Shown one piece after another: positions 40,334 to 49,685 of a stretch of DNA of 64,000 nt. Position 1 is the first letter of the stretch; every line of letters begins with the position of its first letter. The position numbers and the translations under genes were made by a program. The stretch lies in contig JAEWHU010000091.1 of the NCBI GenBank assembly GCA_023387635.1, positions 2,644 through 66,643 on the forward strand, in the 5' to 3' direction. The DNA is from Bacillota bacterium. GTDB taxonomy: Bacteria; Bacillota; Clostridia; Lachnospirales; Lachnospiraceae. The notes beneath the pieces are model-generated. The model made no database searches, was not told the DNA's origin, and saw only the letters and a list, made by a program, of their open reading frames with translations.

Positions 40334-41204
40334 ACATGGCATGTTTTGAAATAGAATACATTTTTTTGAATTCAGAAGGTGTACAATTCTTATGTATTTT
40401 GAACATTCGTATAAACGCAGATATACTTGAAAAACCACATTGAAGAGATATTTCTGTAATCGACATATCAGGCTCCATTAGTAAAGTCGCGGCATGCATA
40501 ATTCGCTTTTTGTTCAGATACTGATAAAAAGGGATATCAGCATATTGTCTAAAAATTCTAGAAAAATGATATTTACTAAAACCTGCTAAGTCAGCAACTT
40601 GTTCTAGTGTAATATTTTCGCTAAAATGTTTATTAATATAATCACATACAGATAAAAAGATCTTAGAGTACTCTAATTCTTTAGAAGAATTGGTATCAAT
40701 TGCAGTTTTTTCTAATGTAGAGTTTCTACCAATTAATGCAAAGATGGAGATTAGTTTGGAGTAAATAACAGTATCTTTAAATACAGCATCGCTTTTATAT
40801 TCAGTTGCAATACTATGAATAAGTCGTTGTAATCCTTCGTGAATTTTAGGGGAGTTCGCAGGCGTGATATGAACAATTGGTGATAGTATAGCTGTTAAGG
40901 ATTCAAATTCACGCATGGAATTTAGTGGGGTTAGGTCTGCGAGTATGATGAATCTTCGACCATTATCAGGTGCATGTAGTTGATGAAGTACACCAGAACT
41001 AATAAACAAAATATCGCCCTCATTAAGTACATACTCTATGTTGTTGCAGTATACAGTATAGTTATTTTTAGTAGGCATTATAATTTCAAGAGGAGTATGC
41101 CAATGTACTGGATAATCTTCTTGTTCATCGTTATCATATAATCTTATGCTTGTATTACTTGCATAATTAACAGTTTCTTTATTACCATCTAATTGTTCAA
41201 TCAT
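40332..41204 (-). CDS. AraC-family transcriptional regulator (cupin sensor + HTH)
   Basis: HWHTPLEIIMP (cupin domain) and a C-terminal HTH (LEQVADLAGFSKYHFSRIFRQ...FSSISAFIRMFK). Confidence 0.9.
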   Translation of the reverse strand: MIEQLDGNKETVNYASNTSIRLYDNDEQEDYPVHWHTPLEIIMPTKNNYTVYCNNIEYVLNEGDILFISSGVLHQLHAPDNGRRFIILADLTPLNSMREFESLTAILSPIVHITPANSPKIHEGLQRLIHSIATEYKSDAVFKDTVIYSKLISIFALIGRNSTLEKTAIDTNSSKELEYSKIFLSVCDYINKHFSENITLEQVADLAGFSKYHFSRIFRQYADIPFYQYLNKKRIMHAATLLMEPDMSITEISLQCGFSSISAFIRMFKIHKNCTPSEFKKMYSISKHAM

Positions 41205-41500
41205 ATAGGAACCTCCATGAGGGATAGTAGAAATTAAATAAAAAGTAACGAATATATATTAAATTATACCTTATGTTATATAAAATGTAAACATGTAGTA
41301 TACAAGTATGGGCCTTTGGTAAAAACTTGAAATTATTTAAGTGTAGAAAACATAATAAATCGAGGATAAATCCCCTAAAATAAGGATTTAAGGTTGATAA
41401 AATAAACATAGCAATTAATGAAAACTAAATAGCAAGAATCAAGAAGAAGTGAGGTGAATTCTCCATTACAATTAAGTTAACTCAAAAAGTGATAAGTTTA

Positions 41501-41516
41501 TTTGCATGAATGCAAA
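41501..41516. promoter_or_regulatory. 16 bp palindrome upstream of the GH3 gene
   Basis: TTTGCAT-GA-ATGCAAA, about 50 nt upstream of the ATG at 41567. Confidence 0.4.
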
Positions 41517-41566
41517 GGGTTAAATAAATCAGTAAATAACTATAAATAGTGAATAAGGAGATTGTC

Positions 41567-43729
41567 ATGAAAGAACTAGTACATAACAAAGTAAAAAATG
41601 ATGAATATCAAAACCGAGCAAAAGAACTTGTAAGTCAAATGACACTTGAAGAAAAAGTATTTCAAATGTTACATAATGCGCCTGCAATTGATAGGCTTAA
41701 TGTTAAGGCCTATAATTGGTGGAATGAAGGTTTACATGGAGTAGCCAGAGCAGGTATTGCAACAGTATTTCCACAAGCGATTGGTTTAGCAGCAGCTTTT
41801 GACGAAGATATGATGGAGGTACTTGGAGACGCAATCGCTACGGAAGGTCGTGCTAAGTTTAATATGCAACAAGAATTTAGCGATACAGATATTTATAAGG
41901 GATTAACTTTTTGGGCACCAAATGTGAATATATTTAGAGATCCTAGATGGGGAAGAGGGCATGAGACCTATGGAGAAGATCCATATTTAACATCAAGGCT
42001 TGGAGTTCGTTTTGTAGAAGGACTTCAAGGTCATGATGAGAACTATCTAAAAGCGGCGGCATGTGCAAAGCATTTTGCTGTTCACTCAGGACCAGAAGAT
42101 ATACGTCATAGTTTCGATGCAAAAGCTTCTGTTCAAGATATGTATGAGACATATCTACCAGCATTCAAGGCACTTGTTAAGGAAGCAAAAGTTGAAGCTG
42201 TTATGGGGGCATATAATAGAACTAATGGAGAACCATGCTGTGGAAGTAAGACTCTATTAAAGGATATTTTAAGAGACACTTGGGGATTTGAAGGTCATGT
42301 TGTATCGGATTGTTGGGCAATTAAAGATTTCCATGAGTACCATAAAGTTACAAGTGGGCCAGTGGAGTCTGTAGCTCTTGCTGTTAACAATGGTTGTGAT
42401 TTAAACTGTGGAAACATATTCATATATTTATTAGAGGCTGTAAAAGAAGGTAAATTAAAAGAAGAACAGTTAGATACGGCTGTAACAAGATTATTTGCTA
42501 CTAGAATGAAATTAGGACTTTTTGAAGAGCAAGATAAAATTCCTTTTAATCAAATACCATATGAAGTTGTCGATTCTAATGAAATGAAGGAGTTAAATCT
42601 ATCTGTAGCTAAAAAGTGCCTTGTTTTATTAAAAAATCAAGGAAATATCTTACCACTAGATAAATCTAAACTGAAAACTGTGGGTATCATTGGACCGAAT
42701 GCAAATAACAGAAGAGCATTAGAAGGTAATTATGAAGGAACTGCTTCGAGATATGTAACTGTTTTAGAAGGTTTCCAAGATTATTTAGGAGATGATGTAA
42801 GAATTCTTACTTCGGTTGGTTGCCACATGCATAAACCACGTGTAGGAGGTCTTGGTATAGAGAATGATCGTATCTCTGAAGTGAAAGGTGTTTGTAAATC
42901 AAGTGATGTTATTATTGCAGTTATGGGTCTAGACTCTGGGCTTGAAGGTGAAGAAGGAGATCAAGGAAATGAATATGCAAGTGGTGATAAACCACACATA
43001 AATCTCCCAGGATTACAAGAGGAAGTATTAAAGGCTATATATGAAAGTGGTAAACCAGCAATACTAATATTACTATCTGGAAGTGCGTTAGCAGTTAACT
43101 GGGCAGATGAGAATATCCCAGCAATTATCCAGGGGTGGTATCCAGGTGCACAAGGTGGACGTGCAATTGCAGAGATGGTATTTGGTGAATGTGTACCAGA
43201 AGGAAAATTACCAATTACTTTCTATCGTTCCACAGAAGAATTACCAGAATTTACGGATTATGCAATGAAGGATAGAACCTACCGTTATATGAAAAATGAA
43301 GCTCTATATCCATTTGGTTATGGATTATCTTATACTAATTTTACATTTAGTAATTTAGCATGTAATACAGATGAAATTACGAAAGACGGTATTGATGTAA
43401 GCGTATACGTAAAGAATGATGGAAAGTATACTGGAAGAGAAACGGTTCAAGTGTACGTAAAGGCAAATAAAAATGAATCACCAAATCCACAACTTAAAGC
43501 ATTTACTAAGGTATTATTACAACCAGGTGAGGAAAAACAAGTACAATTACATCTACCTATGGAAGCATTTTCATTATTTAATGAAAATGGAGAACAGAAG
43601 GTGGAAACAGGAAATTATACAATATATGTAGGAGGATCTCAGCCTGATACAAGAAGTATTCAGTTAACAGGCAATAGACCACTAGAAATGGAACTAAAAG
43701 CAAACCAAACTATTGAAATAGATAAGTAA
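41567..43729 (+). CDS. GH3 family beta-glucosidase/beta-xylosidase
   Basis: WNEGLHG, FWAPNVNIFRDPRWGRGHETYGEDP, KHFAVHSGPE and VVSDCWAI motifs are present. AAGGAG lies upstream of the ATG at 41567. Confidence 0.9.
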   Translation: MKELVHNKVKNDEYQNRAKELVSQMTLEEKVFQMLHNAPAIDRLNVKAYNWWNEGLHGVARAGIATVFPQAIGLAAAFDEDMMEVLGDAIATEGRAKFNMQQEFSDTDIYKGLTFWAPNVNIFRDPRWGRGHETYGEDPYLTSRLGVRFVEGLQGHDENYLKAAACAKHFAVHSGPEDIRHSFDAKASVQDMYETYLPAFKALVKEAKVEAVMGAYNRTNGEPCCGSKTLLKDILRDTWGFEGHVVSDCWAIKDFHEYHKVTSGPVESVALAVNNGCDLNCGNIFIYLLEAVKEGKLKEEQLDTAVTRLFATRMKLGLFEEQDKIPFNQIPYEVVDSNEMKELNLSVAKKCLVLLKNQGNILPLDKSKLKTVGIIGPNANNRRALEGNYEGTASRYVTVLEGFQDYLGDDVRILTSVGCHMHKPRVGGLGIENDRISEVKGVCKSSDVIIAVMGLDSGLEGEEGDQGNEYASGDKPHINLPGLQEEVLKAIYESGKPAILILLSGSALAVNWADENIPAIIQGWYPGAQGGRAIAEMVFGECVPEGKLPITFYRSTEELPEFTDYAMKDRTYRYMKNEALYPFGYGLSYTNFTFSNLACNTDEITKDGIDVSVYVKNDGKYTGRETVQVYVKANKNESPNPQLKAFTKVLLQPGEEKQVQLHLPMEAFSLFNENGEQKVETGNYTIYVGGSQPDTRSIQLTGNRPLEMELKANQTIEIDK

Positions 43730-43750
43730 TATTAAGTTTTAATTATGATT

Positions 43751-43782
43751 TTGGTTCATGTATGATTTGATACATGAACCAA
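43751..43782 (+). other. perfect 12 bp-stem RNA hairpin between the GH3 and GH67 genes (no T tract)
   Basis: TTGGTTCATGTA-TGATTTGA-TACATGAACCAA. Confidence 0.6.
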
Positions 43783-43847
43783 AAGAATCTACATATTGGT
43801 GTGTAGTGCGAAAAGCAAGATTTTCACAGGGCAGAATGGAGAACATT

Positions 43848-45851
43848 ATGGATTATACAAATTGTTGGCTAGAGTATAAAAAAATTTCAGATAAGAATAA
43901 GTCAGATATTGCCTTATTGTGTGAGATAGAAGGACCAATTATTAAGAATGGAATAAAGGAGCTAACAACTGGTTTTCATTCTCTATATGGTCGTTATCTA
44001 AACATAGTGAATAATGAAGAATTATATCAGGAAGCAAAAGCTTCGATTCATATAAAACTAGATACTTCATTATCACTTTCACCGGATGGATATCGTTTAG
44101 AATGTGTAAGCGGTAAAAGTATAATTATGGCTACTTCAGAAATTGGACTTTTATATGGAGTATATGCTTTATTAAGGAATCTAAATATTCAAAAGATAGT
44201 GGATTATGATAACTGGTCATTTACCGAAGAAAAAGAGCCTGCTAATCCTCATCGTATGTTAAATCATTGGGATAACATGGACGGGAGTATTGAAAGAGGT
44301 TACTCGGGTAATTCGTTCTTCTTTAAAAATAATGAAATATTGTTAAATGAACGTACAAAAGAATATGCCAGAATGGTGGCATCCGTAGGTATTAATGGAG
44401 TTGTTATAAATAATGTGAATGTAAAAAATGCAGCTACAGAACTAATTTCCTTTAGATATTATGAGAAACTGCGTACTATGTCTGAGTTATTTGCGTCATT
44501 CGGAATAAAATTATATCTAAGTGTCAATTTCGCAGCACCAATAGAACTAGGAGGACTTGATACTTCAGATCCATGCGATGACAAGGTAATCACTTGGTGG
44601 GAAGATAAATCAAAAGAAGTGTTTGAGAATATACCAAAGCTTGGAGGTTTCCTTGTAAAGGCGGATTCAGAAGGAAGACCAGGGCCATTTACTTATGGCA
44701 GAACACATGCTGATGGAGCAAATATGCTTGCACATGGAGTTAAACCTTATGGTGGTCTTATTATCTGGCGATGCTTTGTATATAACTGTCAGCAAGATTG
44801 GCGAGATACAAAAACAGATCGTGCTAGAGCAGGATATGACAATTTTATGCCAATTGATGGAGCTTTTTCTGATAATGTTATATTGCAGATTAAAAATGGA
44901 CCAATGGATTTCCAAGTAAGAGAACCAATTTCTCCACTATTTGGAGGTTTAAAGAAAACAAACATGATGTTAGAAGTTCAGATTGCCCAAGAATATACAG
45001 GTCAGCAAAGACATGTATGTTACTTGATTCCATGGTTTAAAGAGATACTTAATTTTAATACACATTGCTCACCTAAGCATGGAACTGTAGCGGATATTGT
45101 TAGCGGTAGAACTTATCATAACACCTCTTGTGGTATAGCTACAGTTGTTAATACAGGTAATGATATTAATTGGACAGGGCATGATCTAGCAGCAGCCAAC
45201 CTTTATGGTTTTGGTAGACTTAGTTTTGATACAGAGCTTACATCAAATGAGATTGGAAAAGAGTGGATTGTACAGACCTTTGGTCATAATGAAAAGGTAG
45301 AGGAGAATATTCTTAGGATATTAATGATGTCTTGGCCTACTTATGAGAAATACACATCACCACTTGGGATTGGCTGGATGGTAAAACCAAATCATCATTA
45401 TGGCCCTGATGTGGATGGTTATGAATATGATAGATGGGGTACATATCATAAAGCGGACAATAAAGGAGTTGGTGTTAATCGTACAGAAAGTGGAACAGGA
45501 TATTGTAGTCAATATAATGAACCCCTTGCATCTATGTACGCCAATAGAGAAACTTGTCCAGAAGAACTACTTCTATTTTTCCATCATGTAGAATATGGTT
45601 ATGTACTCTCAAGTGGGAAGACAATCATTCAACATATTTATGATACCCATTTTGAGGGGGCAAAAGAAGCTGAGATGTTCTATCAGATGTGGGATGAATT
45701 ACATGGACTTATGGATGAAGCTACATTTGATAGAGGAAAAAAACGATTTACACATCAAAAAGAACATGCAAAAGAATGGTGTGATGTAATTAATTCATAT
45801 TTCTATCGTAAAACGGGTATAAATGATAAGTACGGACGTCCTTTATACTAG
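43848..45851 (+). CDS. aguA: GH67 alpha-glucuronidase
   Basis: MLNHWDNMDGSIERGY, GINGVVINNVN and LVKADSEGRPGP motifs are present. The start is assigned to the ATG at 43848, after TGGAGA. Confidence 0.9.
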   Translation: MDYTNCWLEYKKISDKNKSDIALLCEIEGPIIKNGIKELTTGFHSLYGRYLNIVNNEELYQEAKASIHIKLDTSLSLSPDGYRLECVSGKSIIMATSEIGLLYGVYALLRNLNIQKIVDYDNWSFTEEKEPANPHRMLNHWDNMDGSIERGYSGNSFFFKNNEILLNERTKEYARMVASVGINGVVINNVNVKNAATELISFRYYEKLRTMSELFASFGIKLYLSVNFAAPIELGGLDTSDPCDDKVITWWEDKSKEVFENIPKLGGFLVKADSEGRPGPFTYGRTHADGANMLAHGVKPYGGLIIWRCFVYNCQQDWRDTKTDRARAGYDNFMPIDGAFSDNVILQIKNGPMDFQVREPISPLFGGLKKTNMMLEVQIAQEYTGQQRHVCYLIPWFKEILNFNTHCSPKHGTVADIVSGRTYHNTSCGIATVVNTGNDINWTGHDLAAANLYGFGRLSFDTELTSNEIGKEWIVQTFGHNEKVEENILRILMMSWPTYEKYTSPLGIGWMVKPNHHYGPDVDGYEYDRWGTYHKADNKGVGVNRTESGTGYCSQYNEPLASMYANRETCPEELLLFFHHVEYGYVLSSGKTIIQHIYDTHFEGAKEAEMFYQMWDELHGLMDEATFDRGKKRFTHQKEHAKEWCDVINSYFYRKTGINDKYGRPLY

Positions 45852-45933
45852 TAATAGATAGTACTTTTTTAATTCAAAGGAAATTGTGTCTTATTATTAA
45901 AAATTACGTCACTAGGATTAAAGTAGTATAAGT

Positions 45934-45995
45934 AGCTCTATGTATAAGATATAAACTCATTGTTTATTAAATATACATAGAGCTATGTTGATTTT
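45934..45995 (+). terminator. hairpin after the GH67 gene
   Basis: AGCTCTATGTATA pairs with TATACATAGAGCT and is followed by ATGTTGATTTTC. Confidence 0.45.
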
Positions 45996-46141
45996 CAACA
46001 TAAAAAACAAAAAAGATATAAAATTATTTTAATTATTATAGACATTTTGTTAATTATTGCTATAATATTACTAAAGGTTTAAAAAAATGATTTTTATTTT
46101 TAAACATTTTGCTAAATTTTTCATTGGAGGGGGCTAAAACT

Positions 46142-47989
46142 ATGGGCGAAAAAGGACTTACAATTGCACCAATAATATGTGATGGAATGATTTTACAAAG
46201 GGATACCTATAACCGTATATATGGTAAGGAAACAATAGCAGATAGTGTAACTATATCATTTATGGATATCACGTATAGTGCGAAGGTGGATAACAATTAT
46301 AATTTTAGTATTGAATTGCCACCGGTTGCTGCAGGCGGACCCTATTCAATGACCATTAAGGGAAGTTGTGAGATTGTCATATCAGATATATTGTTTGGTG
46401 ACGTATATATTTTAAGTGGACAATCTAATATGGAACTACCAATTGGGCGAGTACTTGATGTATCCGAAGAAGAGATAAGACAGGCTTATGAACCTACTAT
46501 TAGGCAATATTTAATACCAGCAACCTATAATTTTACTGAACCAGAACAATTTATGTACTCTGGTTCATGGAAAAAGGCAGCAGATAAAGATATATTAGGG
46601 TTTAGTGCAGCAGGGTATTTTTTTGCTAAGGAATTGAAAGAAACGTATAATGTCCCAGTAGGTTTAATCATGACAGCAGTTGGTGGATCTAAGGTCGAAT
46701 CATGGATGAATCCTATCACTCTTAGTAGATTTGGAGACTATGAGTTAGTGGTAGAATTGTTTAAAGATAAGAAATACTTTAATAATTATATAGGTGAACA
46801 ACAAGAAGCGGCCAATAAGTGGGTTCATCATATAGAAGAGGAAGAAGAAAAGTTTTATGAGGATGAAAACTATAAGGAATGGAATTCCTGTATGGTGCCC
46901 TCACTTGTTTCGGATTTTATGGATGGAAGTTTTCAGGGCTCTATATATCTATGTAAGGAAGTAATTATAGATGAGGAACCTACTGAGGAAGAGGCAGAAA
47001 TTTATCTAGGTTCAATTATTGATTCTGATAGTGTCTATATTAATGGACATCTAGTAGGAAGAACAGAATACAGGTATCCACCAAGAAAATATAAGTTTGG
47101 AAAAGGAATCCTTAAAAAGGGAAGTAATCTTATTCTTGTTCGAATGGTAATCAATAACAACAATGGTGGTACCATACAGGAGAGACCATATTATCTTAAA
47201 TTTGATAATCAGAAGATTGATCTTTGTGGTGAGTGGTATTATAAAATTGGTAAAAAGGTAGATAAAGCAATGCCATCTGTATTATTTCCACCACTTCTTC
47301 CAATCGGCTTTTATAATACGGTAGTAGTCCCATTATCCAAGGTATCTATTAAAGGAGTGCTTTGGTATCAAGGAGAAAGTAATACAGGGGATGGAAAAGA
47401 TTATTCAAATAAATTTGAAGCTATGATTAGTGATTGGAGAGAACTATATGGCTCTAATCTACCATTTATATATGTACAATTAAGTAATTATAGAGAACCT
47501 TTAAATACTAGTGAAGATACTGGGTGGGCATGGTTACGTGACCAACAAAGGCAGAATCTATCACTAGATAATGTGGCAATGGTTGTTACCCATGATATTG
47601 GAGAAAAGAGTGATATTCACCCTCAGAATAAGAAAGAAATAGGGAGAAGGTTAGCAAAAGCCGCTAGGCATATAATATATAATGAAGATATTATTCATAG
47701 TGGTCCAATACCAATGAATGCAACGCTAAGAGGAAATAGTGTAGAGATAGAGTTTCTATATCTAGAGGAATCTGATAAGGAGTATTCCTATAGTAATTTT
47801 GAACTAGCTGGTACTGATGGCATATATTATGATGCAATAGCTACTAGGAATGGTAATAAAGTAACTATTATCTGTGAAACACTGGATAGACCAGCATCTG
47901 TTCGCTATAGTTGGCGGGATTGTCCAACGGATATTAATTTTTATAACGATGCAGGTTTACCAGCATCAGGTTTTCAATTGGATATATAA
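46142..47989 (+). CDS. SASA/DUF303-type carbohydrate O-acetylesterase (sialate O-acetylesterase family)
   Basis: ILSGQSNM, MTAVGGSKVESW and GVLWYQGESN motifs are present. GGAGGGGG lies upstream of the ATG at 46142. Confidence 0.8.
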   Translation: MGEKGLTIAPIICDGMILQRDTYNRIYGKETIADSVTISFMDITYSAKVDNNYNFSIELPPVAAGGPYSMTIKGSCEIVISDILFGDVYILSGQSNMELPIGRVLDVSEEEIRQAYEPTIRQYLIPATYNFTEPEQFMYSGSWKKAADKDILGFSAAGYFFAKELKETYNVPVGLIMTAVGGSKVESWMNPITLSRFGDYELVVELFKDKKYFNNYIGEQQEAANKWVHHIEEEEEKFYEDENYKEWNSCMVPSLVSDFMDGSFQGSIYLCKEVIIDEEPTEEEAEIYLGSIIDSDSVYINGHLVGRTEYRYPPRKYKFGKGILKKGSNLILVRMVINNNNGGTIQERPYYLKFDNQKIDLCGEWYYKIGKKVDKAMPSVLFPPLLPIGFYNTVVVPLSKVSIKGVLWYQGESNTGDGKDYSNKFEAMISDWRELYGSNLPFIYVQLSNYREPLNTSEDTGWAWLRDQQRQNLSLDNVAMVVTHDIGEKSDIHPQNKKEIGRRLAKAARHIIYNEDIIHSGPIPMNATLRGNSVEIEFLYLEESDKEYSYSNFELAGTDGIYYDAIATRNGNKVTIICETLDRPASVRYSWRDCPTDINFYNDAGLPASGFQLDI

Positions 47990-48002
47990 AATAAGTATGG
48001 TG

Positions 48003-48042
48003 AAAAATAGTTAGTGGAAGAAATTCCACTAACTATTTTTTT
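48003..48042. terminator. bidirectional terminator
   Basis: ATAGTTAGTGGAA pairs with TTCCACTAACTAT, flanked by A5 and T6 runs. Confidence 0.8.
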
Positions 48043-48073
48043 AGGAACGATTTATATGTAAAGGATAAGAAGA

Positions 48074-49153
48074 TTACCAGTTTATAGACATCCAGTCATT
48101 ATTAGTGATAGCGCCTGTTGATTCTCTTACTACCAATGTATGGTTCACTTTGACTGTTTGTGCAGGTTCCAGAACATTATGAGCTAACTGCTTTAATAAT
48201 ATTTTAGCAGCTTCTTGACCAATTGTGACACTGTGCACATCGATAGTCGACAAAGATGGCTCTAAAATACTTGAAAGAAAAGAATTATTATACCCTATAA
48301 CACGAATATCTTCGGGGATTTTCTTATGTAATTCAGATAGGGCCTTTAGAACGCCAACAGCCATCTGATCATTAGCTACAAAGACACCATCTAACGAAGG
48401 ATTTGCCTTCAAAAGGGATTTTATGCATTTATATCCACTTTGATGGGTGAAATCTCCAAATGCTACCATAGTAGATTCATTATAAGGGTATCCGTGTGCA
48501 TCTACCACAGTTTTAAATGCTTCTAGTCTATCAGAAACAAGTTTTGAATAAGTAGGACCAGTAATGTGCCCAATGTTTTTACAACCGATAGCAAATAAAT
48601 GTTCTACCGCTTCAATTGAGGCAGCAAAGCTATCATTAAATACAGAAGTAATATTATATTTTGTGAAATTTCTCATTATACTGACAAGTTCAATTCTTTT
48701 ATTTGAAGAAACTATCATATTCTTTATATTATTGAAATAAACACTTTCTAAATTCTCAGGTATAGCTGATGTAAATATGATTCCATCCACTTTATTAGCA
48801 ATAAGCTTTTTAAATCCCTTTTTTTCATTCTCGATGGTGTTCAAAACGTCTCCATTGCTATGACTGTCGTATATCATAACACTATAACCAACATTGCTTA
48901 AAATTTCCTCAATAGCTCTTATAATATAAGGATAAAATATTCCACACATATTAGCGGTAATAATGCCTATATTTTTTGTCTGTTTATTCTTCATGTTTTG
49001 CGCAATTGGATTAACTTCATATCCTAATTCATTTATGGCAAAGTTAACTTTAGATTTTAGTTCATCACTCACATATTTTGTATTATTAATTACATTTGAA
49101 ACAGTGGAAATTGAAACCCCAGCTAACTTAGCAACATCCTTAATGCTACTCAT
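48074..49153 (-). CDS. LacI-family transcriptional regulator
   Basis: The N-terminal HTH is MSSIKDVAKLAGVSISTVSNVINN, followed by a periplasmic-binding-protein-like core. Confidence 0.9.
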   Translation of the reverse strand: MSSIKDVAKLAGVSISTVSNVINNTKYVSDELKSKVNFAINELGYEVNPIAQNMKNKQTKNIGIITANMCGIFYPYIIRAIEEILSNVGYSVMIYDSHSNGDVLNTIENEKKGFKKLIANKVDGIIFTSAIPENLESVYFNNIKNMIVSSNKRIELVSIMRNFTKYNITSVFNDSFAASIEAVEHLFAIGCKNIGHITGPTYSKLVSDRLEAFKTVVDAHGYPYNESTMVAFGDFTHQSGYKCIKSLLKANPSLDGVFVANDQMAVGVLKALSELHKKIPEDIRVIGYNNSFLSSILEPSLSTIDVHSVTIGQEAAKILLKQLAHNVLEPAQTVKVNHTLVVRESTGAITNNDWMSINW

Positions 49154-49176
49154 TAATAGTCTCCTTCAATCTGTTA

Positions 49177-49194
49177 TGAAAAAACGTTTTTGCA
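49177..49194. promoter_or_regulatory. palindromic operator O1 in the LacI gene leader
   Basis: TGAAAAAAC|GTTTTTGCA, centred on CG at 49185/49186, 24 nt upstream of the LacI start. Confidence 0.55.
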
Positions 49195-49338
49195 ATTCAA
49201 TTTATCATAATAATAGCATAATTTGGCAATATATACAATAATTTATAGAATATTGTTGGTATAATTTGAATAATTATTATTTATTTTATGAATATAAGTT
49301 TTGAAAAAATGAGTATTAAAAACATAATATGTATATTA

Positions 49339-49356
49339 TGGTAAAACGTTTTTCTT
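49339..49356. promoter_or_regulatory. operator-like site O2
   Basis: TGGTAAAAC|GTTTTTCTT. It shares GGTAAAACGTTTTT with O3. Confidence 0.5.
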
Positions 49357-49444
49357 AAAAATTATAAGATATGTAGAACATTATATATTTAAAGTACTGA
49401 TAATAGGCAAATAATACAATGTTAAATAAATACTATGATTAATA

Positions 49445-49473
49445 TTGACGGTAAAACGTTTTTTTGATACGAT
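49445..49473 (+). promoter_or_regulatory. candidate TRAP operon promoter with operator O3 in its spacer
   Basis: TTGACG (49445-49450), a 17 nt spacer, then TACGAT (49468-49473). O3 is CGGTAAAAC|GTTTTTTTG at 49449-49466. Confidence 0.5.
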
Positions 49474-49685
49474 TGGGTGGGTATAAAACGAGCTCCCAAA
49501 AAGAAATAAAAATATGCAACTTGCATAAAGGTTAAATTAGTAAAAAAGTTTAATACTAAGAATAATACTATGTTTTGTAGTTTCCATAAGCGAAATAGTG
49601 TGGTGTTTTGTGAAAAAAACAACAATTTCATATGGAAGTTTCAGTAACAGCTAGAGGTCAGGACTGACACAATAAGGAGGAATAT

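Noticed and set aside
49422-49631. 69 aa minus-strand ORF in the LacI/TRAP intergenic region.
   Set aside because: It has no RBS, overlaps the predicted TRAP promoter and operator O3, and has a Phe/Leu-rich composition typical of translated AT-rich non-coding DNA.
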